From Naegleria gruberi (lineage: Eukaryota): a stretch of 64,000 bases of DNA. The notes under the pieces are model-generated. The model did no database searches. It was not told where the DNA came from and worked only from the letters and a program-made list of their open reading frames with translations. Position numbers and translations under genes: made by a program. Positions 43,326-53,282 of this stretch are shown here, one piece after another; position 1 is the first letter of the stretch, and each line of letters starts with the position of its first letter. Location: the NCBI GenBank assembly GCA_000004985.1, contig GG738849.1. One strand, given 5' to 3'.

Positions 43326-44093
43326 TTAGTCCTTCTTGGCCAACTTGAGATGCTTTCTGTGTTCTTGTGGAATAAAGTCCAAATTAATAGTATTCTTATT
43401 CTTGTCAGTGACAATATTTTCAGTGGAGGTAGTGGTGGAAGAAGCAGAGGAAGCACCAAAGACCTTCTTGTATTGTGGAGTACCCTTGAACAAGTACCAA
43501 GCACCGAAAGCCATCAAACCCAACATACCGAAGAGGGAAATGTAGGAGAAGACAGTTTCAAAATCAGCAGATTCAGCAGCTTCAACAAATTGAATAGTTT
43601 GATTGAAGAAAGTGGTGGAGAAGGTATCGTTTTCAACATTCAAATAAAAGACATCAACCATGACGGTATATTCACGGGAATCCAACATCTTTTCTGGAGT
43701 GAACTTGTAGGAGAAGGTAGCAGTTTCTTCTGGACCAACAGTAACGTTTTGGAGAGCACCAGTAAAGTTTTGAACAATGTAAGGTTGATCTTGATTCATG
43801 AGGAGGTAACCACGGATGAATTGGACGCTGAATGGAAGATCACCAGTGTTCAAGAAACCCAAAACGACTTCAGTTTCCTTGCCTAATTCAACAGTCTTTT
43901 GATCTTGATTTAACAATGCATATGGAACAACATCAGGTGAGGAAATGTATCCTTGTGTATCTTGTTCTTCAAGAATAGGTTCATCTTTAATTTCTTCCTC
44001 TTCTTGAGCTCTAATTCCTACGAAAAATAAAGTTGAGATGAGCAAAGCTCCTATCAAGAACAACACGGTGCGTTTTGTGTTGAAATACTTCAT
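43326..44093 (-). CDS. SSR1: translocon-associated protein alpha subunit (TRAP-alpha/SSR1)
   Basis: Signal peptide and acidic N-terminal stretch. Lumenal domain '…FIRGYLLMNQDQPYIVQNFTGALQNVTVGPEETATFSYKFTP…FNQTIQFVE' parallels SSR1. Single TM helix 'VFSYISLFGMLGLMAFGAWYLF' and a cytoplasmic tail. Confidence 0.85.
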   Translation of the reverse strand: MKYFNTKRTVLFLIGALLISTLFFVGIRAQEEEEIKDEPILEEQDTQGYISSPDVVPYALLNQDQKTVELGKETEVVLGFLNTGDLPFSVQFIRGYLLMNQDQPYIVQNFTGALQNVTVGPEETATFSYKFTPEKMLDSREYTVMVDVFYLNVENDTFSTTFFNQTIQFVEAAESADFETVFSYISLFGMLGLMAFGAWYLFKGTPQYKKVFGASSASSTTTSTENIVTDKNKNTINLDFIPQEHRKHLKLAKKD

Positions 44094-44408
44094 GATGATA
44101 TTGATGTATTTTTTTGTGTGTTATTACAATTTTTTTTTAAAGTGATGACGAGAAGAGAGTGCAAGCCAAAAAATGACTCTCTCTTCCTGCCTTCACAAGT
44201 ACACGTCATTTTATCACTTCCATGAGTGAGCTGCAATAAGCTGTGGTCACTTCAATTATTGGCAAAGCTTTGATATGGACTTGGAGAGTGATTGGTGGCA
44301 TTAAGAGGTTTTTCAAACTGTACTCACATGGAAAGTGCATTGGATTATAATTGTGTTAATATAAAGAGAAGGTTAGGAGATTTTGAAACATTACTTTATT
44401 GAAAGAAT

Positions 44409-45857
44409 TTACAATTCCAAATCATCATCTGGATCATCTTCTTCATATTCATCATCAGAATCAATGATAATGAATCCTTGATTTTGTTTTCTTTGCTCTT
44501 GTGGTGTCAAATTTGAATGGTTAGTGAGACCTTCCTTCATAAATGGCAGTTCAAGAGTTTCTCTAGCTCTCTTTTCCTTTTCTGTGAGGCCAATCTTGAA
44601 AGTTACTTGGTTTTCAATGTCTTCTTTTGTCATTGGTCTATCCATACGATTTTGTCTGGCCTTTTCCTTCTCTCTTTCATCAAAGGTATCCAAAAGTGAA
44701 AGTCCACTCTTTCTAACTCCTCCACTCATTGAGCTACCACTAGTATTATTGTGAGAACAATTTGGACCATGTACATGCTCCTCTCCAATAGTAATGTGTC
44801 TCTTTTCTCCAACATGTCTTTTAACTCCAGATTGTTGAGTGGTTGTCACATTTTGTTGTTGAGGCTTTTCCTCTTCTTCATCGTGATGCTTTTCACTCTT
44901 GACCTTCTTTTGTCTCTTGGCAATGAATGGATGCTTGACATGAGTCATTGCACCTTCATCATCACTAGTTGCACTGATTTTATAATATTCCTCATTGAAA
45001 AGTAATTTTCCTCCAAGTCTCAAACTATGAATGTCACATTTGAAATCAATTGCTGCAATGTTGAGTATTTTTTCTTCCAATTCTTCTTCGTCTTGATTTG
45101 ATCCTTCAACAGGGAAATAAAAAGTTTCATCTTGATCCATATCCTCTGAGGCAATAATTGAAATTATACCCTGAGCATGGAGTTTGTATTGTTCAACTAC
45201 ATTCTTTGGATGTGTATCTGTATGAACTACACTCACTACAGAACAAACTCTACTATCTTGAGAATTACTCAATTGAAGAAGTTTTTGTACAAGTTGGAAT
45301 GCTGGACTATCTCCAAACCAAAATGCAAGAGCACTCAATGAATTAATAACTACTATAACCTTCTTTTTCTTACTAGAATCCGATGATGACCATTGTGATG
45401 TCAAAATTGAATTAATATATTTGTACAAATCATTAGCCTTTTCAAAATCTGTTGAATCAACACGAATGACCAACTTGTCACTCTCATCAGTGGATTTTTT
45501 AAAAGTTGCATGATATCTATTCATATCCTGTTGAAGTCTTTTAGGAATTGCTTGTTTATAATCTCCAGCATCAATAATTAATAATCGTAAATCTTGTTTT
45601 TGATTTTTCAAAATATCATCCTCCGAGAGTTTGTTTGATTTAGAATTATTCTTTTGTGGTTGTTCATTTTCATCATCACTGTGATTATCATTCAACATTA
45701 AATCCTCTTCCAAACTGGCATTTGAAGTTGCTGATGAAATCACTCTCTTTACAATCTTATTCAATAGGAATGGAACATGTGATTTACTGTTGCAATTTCC
45801 AAGAATCAATAGGTTTGGATATTGTTCCGAGTGTAACAATAATTGTTGAAGAAACAT
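44409..45857 (-). CDS. ELP5: Elongator complex protein 5 (ELP5/Iki1-like)
   Basis: RecA-like N-terminal half (…LLILGNC…LLIIDAG…VVINSLSALAFWFG…). C-terminal tail 'TEKEKRARETLELPF…IIIDSDDEYEEDDPDDDLEL' closely mirrors the ELP5 C-terminus. Confidence 0.7.
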   Translation of the reverse strand: MFLQQLLLHSEQYPNLLILGNCNSKSHVPFLLNKIVKRVISSATSNASLEEDLMLNDNHSDDENEQPQKNNSKSNKLSEDDILKNQKQDLRLLIIDAGDYKQAIPKRLQQDMNRYHATFKKSTDESDKLVIRVDSTDFEKANDLYKYINSILTSQWSSSDSSKKKKVIVVINSLSALAFWFGDSPAFQLVQKLLQLSNSQDSRVCSVVSVVHTDTHPKNVVEQYKLHAQGIISIIASEDMDQDETFYFPVEGSNQDEEELEEKILNIAAIDFKCDIHSLRLGGKLLFNEEYYKISATSDDEGAMTHVKHPFIAKRQKKVKSEKHHDEEEEKPQQQNVTTTQQSGVKRHVGEKRHITIGEEHVHGPNCSHNNTSGSSMSGGVRKSGLSLLDTFDEREKEKARQNRMDRPMTKEDIENQVTFKIGLTEKEKRARETLELPFMKEGLTNHSNLTPQEQRKQNQGFIIIDSDDEYEEDDPDDDLEL

Positions 45858-46154
45858 TTTTTTAATTCTTAAAATTTATTAATAATTTTCTTAGAACGTT
45901 CGTTACTAGAAGAAAAGTGCATTATTGAATTGTAAGAATGTTTGTTATTCAACTGTTATTACTGAGTAAGCTTGAACAATAGCATGAGTAATTTAGTATT
46001 TTAATATATTTTTCTCTTTATTCAATCATGTTAAAAAACACCCCATGATGAAGAATCTTTGAGTTTTTAATAATAATTTAGGTTAAAATTGTGTCGAAAA
46101 TTTAGAGTCATTCGAAAATGTATTGTTGTGTGGTAGATTAACTTGTTGGGTTAT

Positions 46155-46800
46155 TTACTTTTGGGAGAGCTTTGAACCAACATAAGTGTACCACCATGAG
46201 AAACAAATGGCAACTATTAGAAGTGAGTCAATCAATTAAGTGAAAAATATTCAGCAGAATAAGCAAAAAAGTTTCAATATCAAACATTAAAGATAATTTC
46301 AAAACATACCTGGAGTACCAATCATGAAAGTCATCCAAGCAGCAACAGCAGCCTTCTTTGGTGGACCATCTGTATTTGAAAAAAGTAGTAATCATTTAAT
46401 GGTATCCAAGAAAAATAAAGTGTTGAGAATCCCAAGTAAATGTGGCAGGTTTGTCCATTGACATACATTAGAAAGATAAACATGAATAATAACACATTAA
46501 ACAGAGCATTAGAAGCACGAATAAACAAATGAAAGTTATTATTAATGTACTTACTGGTAAACATGACCAACTAATTATTGTCATCCACATGGAATTTAAA
46601 TGCACAAAAGAGGGTAGTAGTATAAAAAGAATCCCGTAAAGAAAGCGAGTTTTTGAAAGGTTTAGTCAATTGTTTATCCATAAGCAGCATGAATATTAAA
46701 GATATAAAGATAAGAAACATACTTCGTGGTGGTGGTCATGGGCATCATGTCCTCTTCTTGGCAAGTTTCTGGCAGCACTTCTAATAAATCTGTTGAGCAT
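46155..46800 (-). CDS. small single-pass mitochondrial-membrane-type protein (70 aa), 4 exons; COX7C-like is a guess
   Basis: complement(join(46155..46213,46310..46369,46555..46570,46723..46800)). Not in the ORF track because exons are 16-78 nt. Donors are GTATGT, GTAAGT and GTATGT, acceptors TTAG, ACAG and ATAG, with consistent phases. Product: MLNRFIRSAARNLPRRGHDAHDHHHE LVMFT N GPPKKAAVAAWMTFMIGTP VAICFSWWYTYVGSKLSQK. Confidence 0.5.
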
Positions 46801-47491
46801 CTTTTTTTTAAATGTTTTACAAAATGCAGAATAGGACGAAAACACTTTTGAAGCGGAATACTTTGAGAATCCTCTGTAGTTTTGCTTCTATGGTTGAGTT
46901 GAAGCTGTGTTTGATTGTGTGATTACCCGTTCAAACAAGGAGCCGAAATTATTGCCAATAACCACAAAAATTGGATTGATTTGGAATGAAAAACCGTAAG
47001 GCAACTAATTTCAATTGAAAAATGTATTAAGGATTCTCAAAATGTTTGTTATTATCTTTGTGTTGGTGTGATTCTTTCTCAAATTGCTTAATATTTAAGG
47101 AGAAATGACTTCTTAATTGAGAATTTTGATTGAGTCGTATCGTCCCTCCTTATTGATGGAGACTTATTAATTTATCACCGAATTGAGAACAAATTTTGAG
47201 GCAAACAATTGAGACACTTCTTTTCTTTCAGTTATTGAATGTTCTAATTGTTGAAAGTTTACAAAGATTTAATTTCTTCTTGTAAATAATAAGATAGTTT
47301 TTGGAATTTTCTATACTCTTGATAGAGTTGACATATTATCTATTGTTGAGCGAGTAATTGAAAAGCATGTGGCTATGAAAAATGTTCATAACTAATATAG
47401 AGATTAAAAATTAATTTAAAAATTAAATTAAAAAAATACCGTTACTTCGTGTCCTATTGAAGAACTGACAATATAACAACAAGAATAAAAA

Positions 47492-48259
47492 ATGGGTAAG
47501 AGAAGAAGAAAGAATAACAAAAAATCTAACGAAGATGAATCCCTTGATCAAAAATTGGAGGAAAGACTTTCAAAAACATGGTGTTATTATTGTGATAGAG
47601 AATTTGATGATGAAGCCATTCTTATTCAACATCAAAAAACAAAACATTTTAAATGCCCATACTGTCCAAAGAAACTTGTCAGTGTAAAGGGAATGAAAAC
47701 TCACGTACTTCAGGTACACAAGGAGAATATTAATTTTATTCCAAATGCTAAACCTGAAAGAAATACATTTGATTTTGAAATTCAAGGTATGCAAGGAATA
47801 CCAGATTATATTATTTTGGAAAGACAAAAGAAGTTGGAAATTGAAATTTTCGGACAATCAGACATTCAAACTGAAGGAGAACATTTACCTGGTTCAATCT
47901 TCTCCTCAGCAACAGATGAAACCGTAACTAGTAATAATAATTTAATTAATAATTCTCACCAAGATTCTGAACAAGAAGAAGATGCAGAAGAAGGTTCTTC
48001 AAATAATCAAGAATTTGAACCTGAAAATAAGAAGTTGAAATTAACTTCCGATGATAATGCCCAACAGCAACAACCATCATCTGTGTCCTTCTCCTTACAA
48101 AAGAAGTCTAAAATTTCAGCACCACCAACAATTTATAGTGCTGCTCCTGTTATTCACAAAAACTTACAAAGTGATATTTCCGCTACTATTAATGATATTT
48201 CTAAGGAATCAGGAGTTAATAATGAGGAAAGTAAGTTAAACGACAACACACAAATATAA
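47492..48259 (+). CDS. ZNF207: BuGZ/ZNF207 (plant SUF4-like) C2H2 zinc-finger protein
   Basis: N-terminus '[11 protein letters not shown]…[51 protein letters not shown]…PNAKPERN…[10 protein letters not shown]' is nearly identical in pattern to ZNF207/SUF4. Confidence 0.85.
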   Translation: MGKRRRKNNKKSNEDESLDQKLEERLSKTWCYYCDREFDDEAILIQHQKTKHFKCPYCPKKLVSVKGMKTHVLQVHKENINFIPNAKPERNTFDFEIQGMQGIPDYIILERQKKLEIEIFGQSDIQTEGEHLPGSIFSSATDETVTSNNNLINNSHQDSEQEEDAEEGSSNNQEFEPENKKLKLTSDDNAQQQQPSSVSFSLQKKSKISAPPTIYSAAPVIHKNLQSDISATINDISKESGVNNEESKLNDNTQI

Positions 48260-48545
48260 TCAAAAAAGTCACTTCATCATCCTATCTTGTTTACAATGAT
48301 TCTCTTTCCATGGAAGAGAGAAGAGCATTAGACATGAATAATGACAGAAACTATTAGGCAATTCCGTAAGTTTTACTGAAAATTGATTCAATAAAGGATT
48401 GATGAATATGTGTACTTGCTCAATTTAATTGTCTTGCTTTTATTTTCACTATTCTTGTTTAATTTACTAATAAATAAATATACTAATTTCAAAATTAAAT
48501 TTTAATTAAATCCGATATGTTTTTTTTAATAATAAATTAATTTAT

Positions 48546-49098
48546 TTAAGCAATAGTAAAATTGAAAGAAACACAAGCAATTTCCTTGGTCTTGGAAGCG
48601 TCAGCATAGGCAGATGCAACAGTATTATAGGTTCCTGGGAAGGCGAATGATGGAATGGAATTTTGAATAGTGATGGCCTTGGTTCCTGGAGTGATTGGAC
48701 AACCACCAGAGACAGACTATTATTGTTTAAACTTTAATACACGAATCATGATGAAATACAAACCTTGCACAAATCATAAGTAAATTCAAACAATCTGACA
48801 CCTGATAAGTAAATATCAGCATACAAAATACCTGATGGAACAGTAGCAGATACGGTACCCTAGTTATGTGTCAATCAATGATTTTTTGATCATTAAATAT
48901 GATGATAATCAATTTACTTACGGTAGCAACAGCAACTAAAGTGTCACCAGCCTTTGGTTTGGCTGGAGTAATATCCAATGATTGTGGGAAGAAAACACCA
49001 TTACTCATACATTGTTTGAAAGGAGCTGGGTCTGCGCTAACCATCATTACAGTGGCAATCAAACAGACTAAGAGAATTGAGAGGATAATTTTGGCCAT
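48546..49098 (-). CDS. secreted ML-domain (MD-2-related lipid-recognition, NPC2/Der p 2-like) protein, 4 exons including a 28-nt and a 38-nt exon
   Basis: complement(join(48546..48716,48764..48801,48832..48859,48922..49098)). Signal peptide MAKIILSILLVCLIATVMMVSA. Introns are 62, 30 and 47 nt (GTAAGT…CTAG, GTATTT…ATCAG, GTTTGT…ATAG). Spliced product '…LVAVATGTVSATVPSGVRLFEFTYDLCKSVSGGCPITPGTK…IACVSFNFTIA' has the ML-domain CxxxxxxCP and C-terminal ACxxF pattern. A 2-exon alternative (one 205-nt intron) also keeps frame but gives a truncated domain. Confidence 0.55.
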
Positions 49099-49306
49099 TT
49101 TTTAAAGGGTTGTGAGGTGAAAAATCTATGCAAAATCCTTATCCTGACTTTTCTACTTTAAAAATAGAAGCAGAAATGGAAGAGCAAAGATTCTATTTCT
49201 ATTAAGAATTCTCCTTATGTGAACTAACCTAATTTTCAATTCTAATAAGTTTCCTAATCTTAGGATGGTTGTTTGATACACATGATTTTGAGAGTAATGA
49301 GTGTAA

Positions 49307-49377
49307 GCATTAGTAGTGTAACGGTATCATACCAGCCTTCCAAGCTGGTGACCCGGGTTCGACTCCCGGCTAATGCA
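49307..49377 (+). tRNA. tRNA-Gly (anticodon UCC)
   Basis: GCATTAG…CTAATGC acceptor stem with discriminator A. Anticodon stem-loop CCAGC-CTTCCAA-GCTGG. T arm GACCCGGGTTCGACTCCCGGC. 71 nt, close match to eukaryotic cytosolic tRNA-Gly-TCC. Confidence 0.9.
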
Positions 49378-49588
49378 ATAATTTTGTTTTTAAACGATGC
49401 TGGTTTGGATTTGTTCAAAATCGAAAATTTTTTGGCCAAGAATGCCACAAGTTGAATTAGAAGACCATTTCCCGTTTTTCGCCTGCGCCGATACTGAAGG
49501 GTCTGAGAATCGGGTGGAAGGGATATTGTAAACAGACTAGAGTTCTGATCAAGTTCTGTAACTTTTAGTTAAATTTATCTTCAAAAAA

Positions 49589-51308
49589 ATGGGTCAATCT
49601 CAAGAGAAAAGTACAAACACATTTTCAAACACTGATTCAAACAATAATATTGATGAAGTGGATGAATTGGAAGAATTAGATAAAATGATTAAATTGGACG
49701 GCTACACTCGAGACACTCCAACACCAGTAATGGATCCAACACTTTCAAAATTATTCCTCGGAGCAAGTAAAGGTAATTTTGATGAAATTCTCAAAATGGA
49801 TCACTCAGAATTGGAGCAATATGTGAATACAACAAACGATGGGGGTGTTACATTGTTATATCTGGCTTGTGAAAATGGAAGGGAAGATGTGATTAAATAC
49901 TTGTTGGCTGTGAAGGGATTGGATGTCAATTTTTTAGTGAGTTTGTTTTTGATAAGCAGTATTTAATGTTTGAATTTTGTCATTCAATTGAAGGAAGTAT
50001 GTAATTTTATATATTTGAATGGTTTCGAATAATGAAAAAGGGAGTAAGTAGTTGAATTACAAGAAAGTTTTAATTTTGTTTAAATACAGTTTGTAAGTAT
50101 ACATTTCTATGTGTTGTTCAGTAATTGAAAAATGAATAGTATGAGGTTGGTTTTTAATTTTCTATTTTTGGTAATTATTATAAAAGAAAAAAACAGTAAG
50201 TTGTAAACAATCAATTATTCTGATCCAACGAATATCTCTCTTTAGAAAAGAGATGGTGTAAGTTACATTTATCGAATCAATTCTTTTCTGAATACATTCA
50301 TATAGCTTGTAAGTATTTCATTTAAAGTTTAATTGGTTGTGAATAACTATTGTTAGGGAGTAAGTATACTTTTCAGTTATTGATATTTATTGTTATAACA
50401 ATATTGTAGAGTGTAAGTTAATAATATTAAACAAATTGTTGTAAAAATTCCAAATATAGAGTGTAAGTCAATCCTAAATTGTATAATTTTTTGATTAAAC
50501 TCTATTAATTCAGACACCTCTATTTGTTTCATGTAAACTTGGGAAAGTAAATATTGTAAAGTTATTGCTTCAAATGCCAGGAATTCAGGTAAATGAGGGC
50601 TTAACATTCAGTTCAGTATACTTGGACTCGTGTGGTCATGTTACAACCAGTCCACTCTATGCTGCATGTCAAGAAGGTCATTTGGAAATTGTAAAATTAT
50701 TATTGGACACTAAATCTATTGATCCTTATCGTGGAGAAGTTCATGATGCTGAAAATGCAATGTCATGTCTTGGAATTTCTATTTACAATGGAAAATGGGA
50801 AATTGCTTCCTTAATACTGAAAAGTATGACGTGTTGTGGTAGAAAGAAATCAGTTTTAATATTTAATAGGGATCCAATATCTGAAATTCTACTTGTATGC
50901 ATGAAAGGAAATGTTCAATTTCTGAAAGATTTATTGGAATCTAAATTGTTTGACCTTGATCACTGCGTAAGTTTCCCCATATTCCATGGAAATTATTCAA
51001 ATATGAATTAGTTTCCTTTGCATTTCTGTATTAAAAATAATGACAAGATTATGGCTAGCTTATTAATTGAGAATGGAGCTTCAACAAGTTTGAAATTTGA
51101 AAGATCAAAAGGATGTGGATATCTATTGTACAGTTTTTGTGGAAGAACATTTGATGATTTTGTAAAAATTAAGGATGGCAAGACTCCAATTGAACTGGCA
51201 AAGGAATTGAGATTTGATATTGGATCCTTGATGGGTGGAAGGTTGAAGAATAATTTGGGTAAATCATTTGACGCATTAAATGATGTCACTATTCAATTTA
51301 AAGAGTAA
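49589..51308 (+). CDS. ankyrin-repeat protein, multi-exon
   Basis: Exon 1 is 49589..49936 (…TLLYLACENGREDVIKYLLAVKGLDVNFL, GTGAGT donor). A 577-nt intron region (49937..50513) contains candidate micro-exons such as 50246..50257 'KRDG'. Then 50514..50966 (TPLFVSCKLGKVNIVKLLL…, ends DLDHC|GTAAGT) and 51012..51308 (FPLHFCIKNNDKIMASLLIENGAS…*). Phases are 0 throughout, and ANK repeat periodicity is restored if KRDG plus one Ser codon are included. Confidence 0.7.
50044..50513 (+). repeat. tandem array of eight ~50-nt intron-like units (GTAAGT…[T]AG + 3-12 nt) inside the ankyrin-gene intron
   Basis: GTAAGT occurs at 50044, 50094, 50196, 50258, 50309, 50360, 50413 and 50463, with spacings of 50, 102, 62, 51, 51, 53 and 50. 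Each unit ends …(t)ag followed by 3-12 nt (tttg, aaaagagatggt, ctt, gga, agt, agt). Confidence 0.6.
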
Positions 51309-51383
51309 ACTTTGGATCTTTACAAAATTTCATTTTATTTCAATTAAATGTACATTATTTACAATATTTATTTACAATTCAAT

Positions 51384-52568
51384 TTACCAAATATTTGGAT
51401 CAGTGTTAGTTTCTAAATCTTTCAATTTGGAAAGTATTGTAATAATTTGGTTACTGACGTATTGATGGAAGGAAATGGCTTTGGTAATTTCAATATCAAA
51501 TGGTTCACCTAGTTGGGATTTGACTTGTTCAAGTTTAGTCAGTTTTTCAATGGATGGCTTGCAATTATTTAACTGATCGATAGCATTGGAAAGGGTTTCA
51601 ATGGATGGATTCTTCAAATCTTTGCATACATTTGAAAAAATTGGGCTAATACTAAAGATGGCATTAAAGAATTCTAATTTTTTAAGATTCTTGGAAGTAT
51701 TATCAACGTGCCTAGAATGAATATCTCTTGTGGATCTTGTATCACGGTACTTGCTCAATAATTGATGAGAAATTTCCAATGAGTTAATAAGTGATTGACA
51801 TGTTTGTGAGAAGGTTTCATTGTTTGAATATGTAGAACTGCCAATAATTGAAAATTTGTGACTACCAGAATTGATTAATTGTTCAATTTGAGAGATAAAC
51901 TTTTGAGCATCTTGATTATGTTGAATGATTGTTGGCAATTCTCTCTTCATTGGTTCGTAGACGGTGGCAACGTGAACTGCTAGACTAAACAATTTTCCAA
52001 TGAGATTAATGATGTTATCGTGATCAACTTTCATATCCTTTGAGATTGGTTTAAATAATGTCAAAGGTTGTCTGTATCCATGAATTTGTTGTGACACAAG
52101 TCTGTGATCAACTGAAGCCAAAGTATTAAATAATTCATATTTCTTCAGGAATGGAATATCAAAATTCTCTGTCAATTCCATCAAATCAATAAATGATTTG
52201 CAACTTGTATGAAATTCATTCAAATTATTCTTGAAATTTTCTACACTTTTTGGATATCTATCAAATTGAGAAATTACTTCTTGTAACTTCTTTATCAAAT
52301 CCTTTCTTTCTTGTCTCAACTCTGGATATTCAGAAAGATCAAATACATCCATCTGCTCCACCTTTTTAAATAACATTTCTCCCATCACTATAATTTCCTT
52401 CAAATTATTAAAATCACATTCATTGGTCTTTTTAATGGCTTGTTGAAGGAGAGCATTTGTTTCGGTTTTGTGTTTTTCAAATTTTTCTTTCACTGTCATC
52501 ACAACTCTTGTTGCCGATGATGATGATGGTGCTGATGGCGAAGGTTGCTGTTTGTAAGTAAAATTCAT
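51384..52568 (-). CDS. hypothetical alpha-helical protein (394 aa)
   Basis: Long ORF with ordinary composition and a Ser-rich N-terminus. No recognised domain. Confidence 0.5.
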   Translation of the reverse strand: MNFTYKQQPSPSAPSSSSATRVVMTVKEKFEKHKTETNALLQQAIKKTNECDFNNLKEIIVMGEMLFKKVEQMDVFDLSEYPELRQERKDLIKKLQEVISQFDRYPKSVENFKNNLNEFHTSCKSFIDLMELTENFDIPFLKKYELFNTLASVDHRLVSQQIHGYRQPLTLFKPISKDMKVDHDNIINLIGKLFSLAVHVATVYEPMKRELPTIIQHNQDAQKFISQIEQLINSGSHKFSIIGSSTYSNNETFSQTCQSLINSLEISHQLLSKYRDTRSTRDIHSRHVDNTSKNLKKLEFFNAIFSISPIFSNVCKDLKNPSIETLSNAIDQLNNCKPSIEKLTKLEQVKSQLGEPFDIEITKAISFHQYVSNQIITILSKLKDLETNTDPNIW

Positions 52569-53040
52569 CTCTTATTTTCTTTGTTCTTATTTTTTTCAAT
52601 TTTGTTATTTTTAGATTGAAATTCTTTCGTGTTGTTCTTTGTGTGTTTTAAATCAAAAATTTGTGCTGTTGGGAATTGTCCATTTCTCTTATTATTGTTG
52701 AAGATGAAAGGAAAAGTGTTATTATTAAACTTGAGAGCTACGGAAGGGATTCCGTGTGAGTGAGGATGAACTTGTTTGAAAATGCTCAATGAGTTTGAAA
52801 GTGGAATAATCCTTTGCACAGTCAACAGAACTTGTTTACAAATGTTCATTAGTCTGGTGTGAATTGGAGAACGCAAGATAATGGTACAGGCAGAGGTTTC
52901 CAAAACAGGAAATACAAAAAAAATTAAAAAATGAACATCATCTCACATATCTTAAATATCAAATTATGCAAAATATAGGGAAAATAATGAATGTTGAGCT
53001 AGAAAATACAAAAATTTTTACTCGAGTGCCGGGAATTGAA

Positions 53041-53111
53041 CCCGGGTCGCCAGAGTGACAGTCTGGAATGCTACCACTATACCACACCCGATTTTACATT
53101 ACATACACATT
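53041..53111 (-). tRNA. tRNA-Asp (anticodon GUC)
   Basis: Reverse complement reads TCGGGTG TGGTATAGTGGTAGCATT CCAGA CTGTCAC TCTGG CGACCCGGGTTCAATTCCCGGCACTCGAG. Anticodon loop CTGTCAC gives GTC. Close to eukaryotic tRNA-Asp-GTC. Confidence 0.9.
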
Positions 53112-53282
53112 GAGTAATGAAACTAGTCTTATTACCTTAGTACCATTTATATTATGTTCTGTTATCTTCAATATTTACACCATTAACCAAGAAGGTGTTA
53201 TCGGGATAACATCCAATAAGCATTGTTTTTCTTCAATCAACCTTCTTGCTTGCATGAGAAAGGAATTGATGATTAGTTGAAA

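Noticed and set aside
50306-50462. Treating all four 3-nt spacers (ctt, gga, agt, agt) as obligatory micro-exons
   Set aside because: Four consecutive 3-nt exons are mechanistically implausible, and including all of them over-lengthens the ankyrin repeat (37 instead of 33 residues). Only the 12-nt KRDG unit plus at most one codon fits the repeat geometry. These are reported as candidates within the finding, not as separate exons.
50589-50616. Possible 28-nt intron (GTAAAT…TTCAG) in the second ankyrin exon
   Set aside because: Removing it breaks the reading frame, whereas read-through is open and continues the ANK repeat, with a longer loop. Treated as coding.
52565-52903. 112-aa minus-strand ORF directly upstream of, and overlapping by 4 nt, the 51384..52568 gene
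   Set aside because: It is N/K-rich low-complexity sequence with composition typical of AT-rich 5' flanking DNA. It is more likely 5' UTR or promoter sequence than a separate gene, though a uORF or 5' extension cannot be excluded.
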